From Planctomycetota bacterium (lineage in GTDB: Bacteria > Planctomycetota > Brocadiia > SM23-32): 64,000 nt of DNA. The stretch is from contig JAGHAF010000096.1 in NCBI GenBank assembly GCA_021161675.1, positions 6,201-70,200 on the forward strand, in the 5' to 3' direction. Both the position numbers and the translations under genes were made by a program. Numbering within the stretch: the stretch's first letter is position 1; each line of letters starts with the position of its first letter. Of this stretch, positions 63,524-64,000 are shown one piece after another. The notes beneath the pieces were generated by a model that was not told the DNA's origin, ran no database searches, and saw nothing but the letters and a program-made list of their open reading frames with translations.

Positions 63524-64000
63524 ATGAGTAGGAACCTTGACGAACTACAATCTGCCCTCGGCTACCGCTTCGAGAACGTAAATCTGCTCCGGCGCGCCCT
63601 TCGCCATGCCTCCGCCGCTCAGGGCACGCCGTCCAACGAGCGGCTGGAGTTCCTGGGCGATGCGGTGGTCGGATTGATCGTCGCCGCGCACCTGTTCCGC
63701 GACATGCCGGATGCGCCTGAAGGCCAGATGACCGTCATCAAGTCCGTCGCCGTCTCGCGCAAGTCCCTGGCGCAGGTGGGATACAAGCTCGGCCTCCATG
63801 AACAGCTCGTTACGGACAACGGGCTCCAGCATCAAGCATTTCCCTCCTCCCTTGCCGCAAACGCCTACGAGGCCGTGGTCGGGAGCATCTTTCTGGACGG
63901 CGGGCTTGAACCGGCCCGCCGGTTCGTCCTCGACACCCTGTCCGAGCGGATCAAGCAGGCGCGCGAAAGCCGCTCCGCCGCCGGTTGGAAGTCCATACTC
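63524..64000 (+). CDS. rnc: ribonuclease III (partial, continues beyond window)
   Basis: MSRNLDELQSALGYRFENVNLLRRALRHAS...NERLEFLGDAVVGLIVAAHLF is the RNase III signature ERLEFLGDA. Confidence 0.85.
   Translation, partial: MSRNLDELQSALGYRFENVNLLRRALRHASAAQGTPSNERLEFLGDAVVGLIVAAHLFRDMPDAPEGQMTVIKSVAVSRKSLAQVGYKLGLHEQLVTDNGLQHQAFPSSLAANAYEAVVGSIFLDGGLEPARRFVLDTLSERIKQARESRSAAGWKSIL

Noticed and set aside
1-64000. CRISPR arrays, transposases, integrases, phage genes.
   Set aside because: No regularly spaced direct repeats with unique spacers and no ORF with a DDE, tyrosine-recombinase or terminase-like signature was seen anywhere in the window.

Overview
This is a densely coding, high-GC (about 62%) window from what looks like an anaerobic Gram-negative bacterial chromosome, with about 50 genes on both strands.

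- **Content.** Mostly housekeeping and energy metabolism: carAB, the ATP-pyrophosphatase subunit of a split GMP synthase, GTP-type PEP carboxykinase, cysteine synthase, an atypically arranged Rnf complex, an EtfAB/FAD-oxidase set resembling the electron-confurcating lactate dehydrogenase LctBCD, archaeal-type leuC/leuD, rarA, an RluA-family pseudouridine synthase, endonuclease V, trkAH, rsfS, scpB, a 5' partial rnc, two Ser/Thr kinases and an FHA protein.
- **RNA genes.** Two class-II tRNAs with encoded CCA: tRNA-Leu(UAA) and tRNA-Ser(GCU).
- **Not found.** No CRISPR array, transposase or integrase.
- **Most unusual locus.** A 1.4-kDa-scale fusion protein (two tandem HgdC/BcrAD-type [4Fe-4S] ATPase 'activase' domains plus a DUF2229-like region) sits in one tight operon between leuC and leuD, the two subunits of the aconitase-family dehydratase.
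- **Other notable points.**
  - A shared quasi-palindromic repeat element occurs in two distant promoter regions.
  - The rnf locus is split and missing rnfB, with foreign genes embedded and rnfG translationally coupled to an orphan scpB.
  - An SbcE/SbcF-like membrane-anchored Rad50/Mre11 pair lies next to tRNA-Leu.
  - There are four decayed gene remnants: an REase-like ORF with an in-frame TAA after an orphan MTase, a metallophosphoesterase with its catalytic core deleted, an alpha/beta-hydrolase 5' fragment, and a 2-hydroxyacid dehydrogenase 3' fragment abutting tRNA-Ser.
  - A roughly 350-nt G-rich leader from a strong sigma70-like promoter precedes a J-domain/TPR gene.

Many long antisense 'shadow' ORFs in the supplied track are GC-bias artefacts and were not called.
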